Shown here: positions 62,464 through 64,000 of the stretch, in pieces
Numbering within the stretch: position 1 is the stretch's first letter
Layout: every line of letters starts with the position of its first letter
Origin: an uncultured Planctomycetia bacterium
GTDB lineage: Bacteria; Omnitrophota; Gorgyraeia; Tantalellales; Tantalellaceae
DNA: 64,000 bases
Direction of reading: 5' to 3'
Assembly (NCBI GenBank): GCA_964421015.1
Contig: CAYQUS010000001.1
Location: 364,726-428,725 of the forward strand
Position numbers and translations under genes: made by a program
Notes under the pieces: generated by a model
What the model saw: the letters and a program-made list of their open reading frames with translations, nothing else
What the model was told of the DNA's origin: nothing
Database searches by the model: none

Positions 62464-63420
62464 CTATCCCCTGCGTATCAGAAAAACAAGGTAACCCGCG
62501 TAAAGAAAAAGAAAAACCAGTCCCTCCCACCTGTCTATCATCCTTTTTTTACCCGTGAACATGCTGAAAAAAAGGATGAGGCTCGCGAAAATTACTACCG
62601 CGATGTCAGTGTTCATCTCCGGCGAAAACGGGATAGGCCGTATTATCGAACTCAGTCCCAGAACAAAGAAAATATTGAATATGTTGGACCCCACAATGTT
62701 CCCCACGGCTATATCCGGGTTTCTTTTATACGCCGCTACGGCCGACGTGGCAAGTTCCGGCAGTGAAGTGCCTATGGCGACTACGGTAAGACCTATGAAA
62801 GACTCGCTCAGGCCCATGATCTTAGCAAGATATACGGCTCCCTCAACCACCCATACCGACCCCAGCCAGACACCGGCAAGTCCCCCCAAAATAAGGCTCG
62901 ATATCCTTGCCGGCCCTATTTCTCCGGGTACATCTCCAGCCGAAATATCCTTGTTTTCACCTGCCATACGGTAAATGTAATACAGAAAAACGCAGAAAAG
63001 CGCTACCAAAACCGCGCCGTCAAAACCACTGAGGATGGTATCTACGCTTCCCCGCCAGGTATCGTTGACCATTAGTCCGACAATTATTATTGCGGCCAAA
63101 GCCATGGGTATCTCTTTCCATACCGTACCTTTAGCGACGGAAAGCGGGAAAATGACCGCTGATATGCCCAGTATCAGAAAGATATTAGCCGCGTTACTCC
63201 CCAACACATTTCCGATAGCTATATCCGTGTTACCTTTTACGCTCGCGATTATATTAACCGAAAGTTCGGGCAGAGACGTCCCGAAAGCTATGACCGTAAG
63301 TCCGATAGCAAGATCCGACACCCTTAGCCTGCGGGCGAGTACCCTCGCTCCATCTACCAGAAAATCCGCCGACTTAATTAAAACTACAAAACCCGCTACA
63401 AGAAGAATTATTTCCCGCAT
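62464..63420 (-). CDS. CaCA-family cation (Na+/Ca2+) antiporter, YrbG-like
   Basis: Two alpha-repeat motifs 'GTSLPELSV...NVLGSN' and 'GTSLPELATS...NIVGSN'. Confidence 0.85.
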   Translation of the reverse strand: MREIILLVAGFVVLIKSADFLVDGARVLARRLRVSDLAIGLTVIAFGTSLPELSVNIIASVKGNTDIAIGNVLGSNAANIFLILGISAVIFPLSVAKGTVWKEIPMALAAIIIVGLMVNDTWRGSVDTILSGFDGAVLVALFCVFLYYIYRMAGENKDISAGDVPGEIGPARISSLILGGLAGVWLGSVWVVEGAVYLAKIMGLSESFIGLTVVAIGTSLPELATSAVAAYKRNPDIAVGNIVGSNIFNIFFVLGLSSIIRPIPFSPEMNTDIAVVIFASLILFFSMFTGKKRMIDRWEGLVFLFLYAGYLVFLIRRG

Positions 63421-63463
63421 CCCTCACCCGTTATTTTTTTAAATAGACTTTCTCTCCCGCGAG

Positions 63464-63997
63464 TCATTGTCCCGGAGCCCCTGCAGGTTTGCCCTTAAGC
63501 GCCCTGAAAACGTTTTTCAGGAACCGGAACATGATCTTAAGGAACCATATGGAAATGAGCACAAAAATAAACACCAGAACAGCGGCTATTACGGGATGGC
63601 GTATCACAAGCCATAGAACAGCCACAACAAGACCGTCTTCGGTGAAACTGGCTATGGAATTTGTAAAAGGCTCCGGGGAAGTGTTTATCGCCGCCCTCGT
63701 TGTGGCCTTTGTAAGATGTGTGTCCATGGCCAGCGTCCCGCCCATTATTGCCGAAGATAACTGCAAAGCGGGAGCCGCGTCCGAAAGCCCCATATACGCT
63801 ATCAGAGCTCCCCCCACGGGACGTATAAAAGTATGTACGGAATCCCAGGCTGAATCGACAAAAGGTATCTTGTCGGCGAAAAATTCCACGACCGTCATGA
63901 ATAGGGCCGCCGCTATCACAAGAGGATGGGACAGTATATCAAGATTTCCCGGGAGATCTATCACGCCAATCCTGTTAATTATGCCAAGACCGGCCAC
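63464..63997 (-). CDS. DUF4126-family membrane protein (5' end may extend beyond the window)
   Basis: 'FFADKIPFVDSAWDSV' motif; four TM segments. Confidence 0.5.
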   Translation of the reverse strand: MAGLGIINRIGVIDLPGNLDILSHPLVIAAALFMTVVEFFADKIPFVDSAWDSVHTFIRPVGGALIAYMGLSDAAPALQLSSAIMGGTLAMDTHLTKATTRAAINTSPEPFTNSIASFTEDGLVVAVLWLVIRHPVIAAVLVFIFVLISIWFLKIMFRFLKNVFRALKGKPAGAPGQ

Positions 63998-64000
63998 TGT

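Noticed and set aside
1-64000. tRNA, rRNA, tmRNA or RNase P genes
   Set aside because: Intergenic regions were scanned by eye for cloverleaf-compatible stems and conserved loops, and none was convincing. The window appears to contain no stable RNA genes, though this is not a computational search.

Overview
This 64-kb window is almost entirely minus-strand coding and comes from a Gram-negative bacterium (it encodes an LptD homologue). No rRNA, tRNA or CRISPR array was recognised. The window has four blocks.

1. 1-16.2 kb: a cell-surface glycan / sugar-nucleotide cluster. It holds a 5'-truncated ArnT/PMT-like GT39 membrane transferase (absent from the ORF track and translated by hand), two DPM1/GtrB/ArnC-like GT2 genes, a DegT aminotransferase, gmd, a UXS/ArnA-like decarboxylase, a carbamoyltransferase with SxtJ-like and SxtK/DUF5989-like small proteins, a WbpP/WbpO-like pair, rmlC-A-B-D and ugd. 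Its intergenic spacers carry a REP-like palindrome family, AGGTTR hexamer repeats and a conserved leader hairpin.

2. 16.6-35.5 kb: housekeeping genes. These are an lptD-like gene with a charged coiled-coil extension, two tandem GGDEF cyclases, an orphan MalK-like ATPase, accD, DUF1015, VanZ, FmdB, the dnaJ-dnaK-grpE-hrcA operon with a sigma70 promoter and CIRCE operator, hflX, miaA and miaB. A REP-associated tyrosine transposase (RAYT) is translationally wedged between miaB and miaA.

3. 35.4-57.3 kb: an integrated mobile element and defence island. It carries a large serine recombinase whose 3' end overlaps the miaB start, an Xis-like HTH, a PrimPol/P4-type primase with an upstream iteron array, and a translationally coupled giant operon: radC-like, two hsdM, hsdS, hsdR, a TM-NACHT NTPase, two small ORFs, a radical-SAM/SPASM protein, a possible HEPN protein and a 126-aa ORF. 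It also has a metallophosphoesterase, RhuM and an orphan AbiEi-like antitoxin with an inverted-repeat operator.

4. 57.4-64 kb: miscellaneous genes. These are a SET-domain protein, a GIY-YIG nuclease, a class-D beta-lactamase-like protein, a SAM methyltransferase, secreted proteins including a CxxCxGxG-repeat protein, a CaCA antiporter and a DUF4126 protein.

The most novel-looking element is the NACHT / radical-SAM / small-protein module fused into the type I R-M operon.
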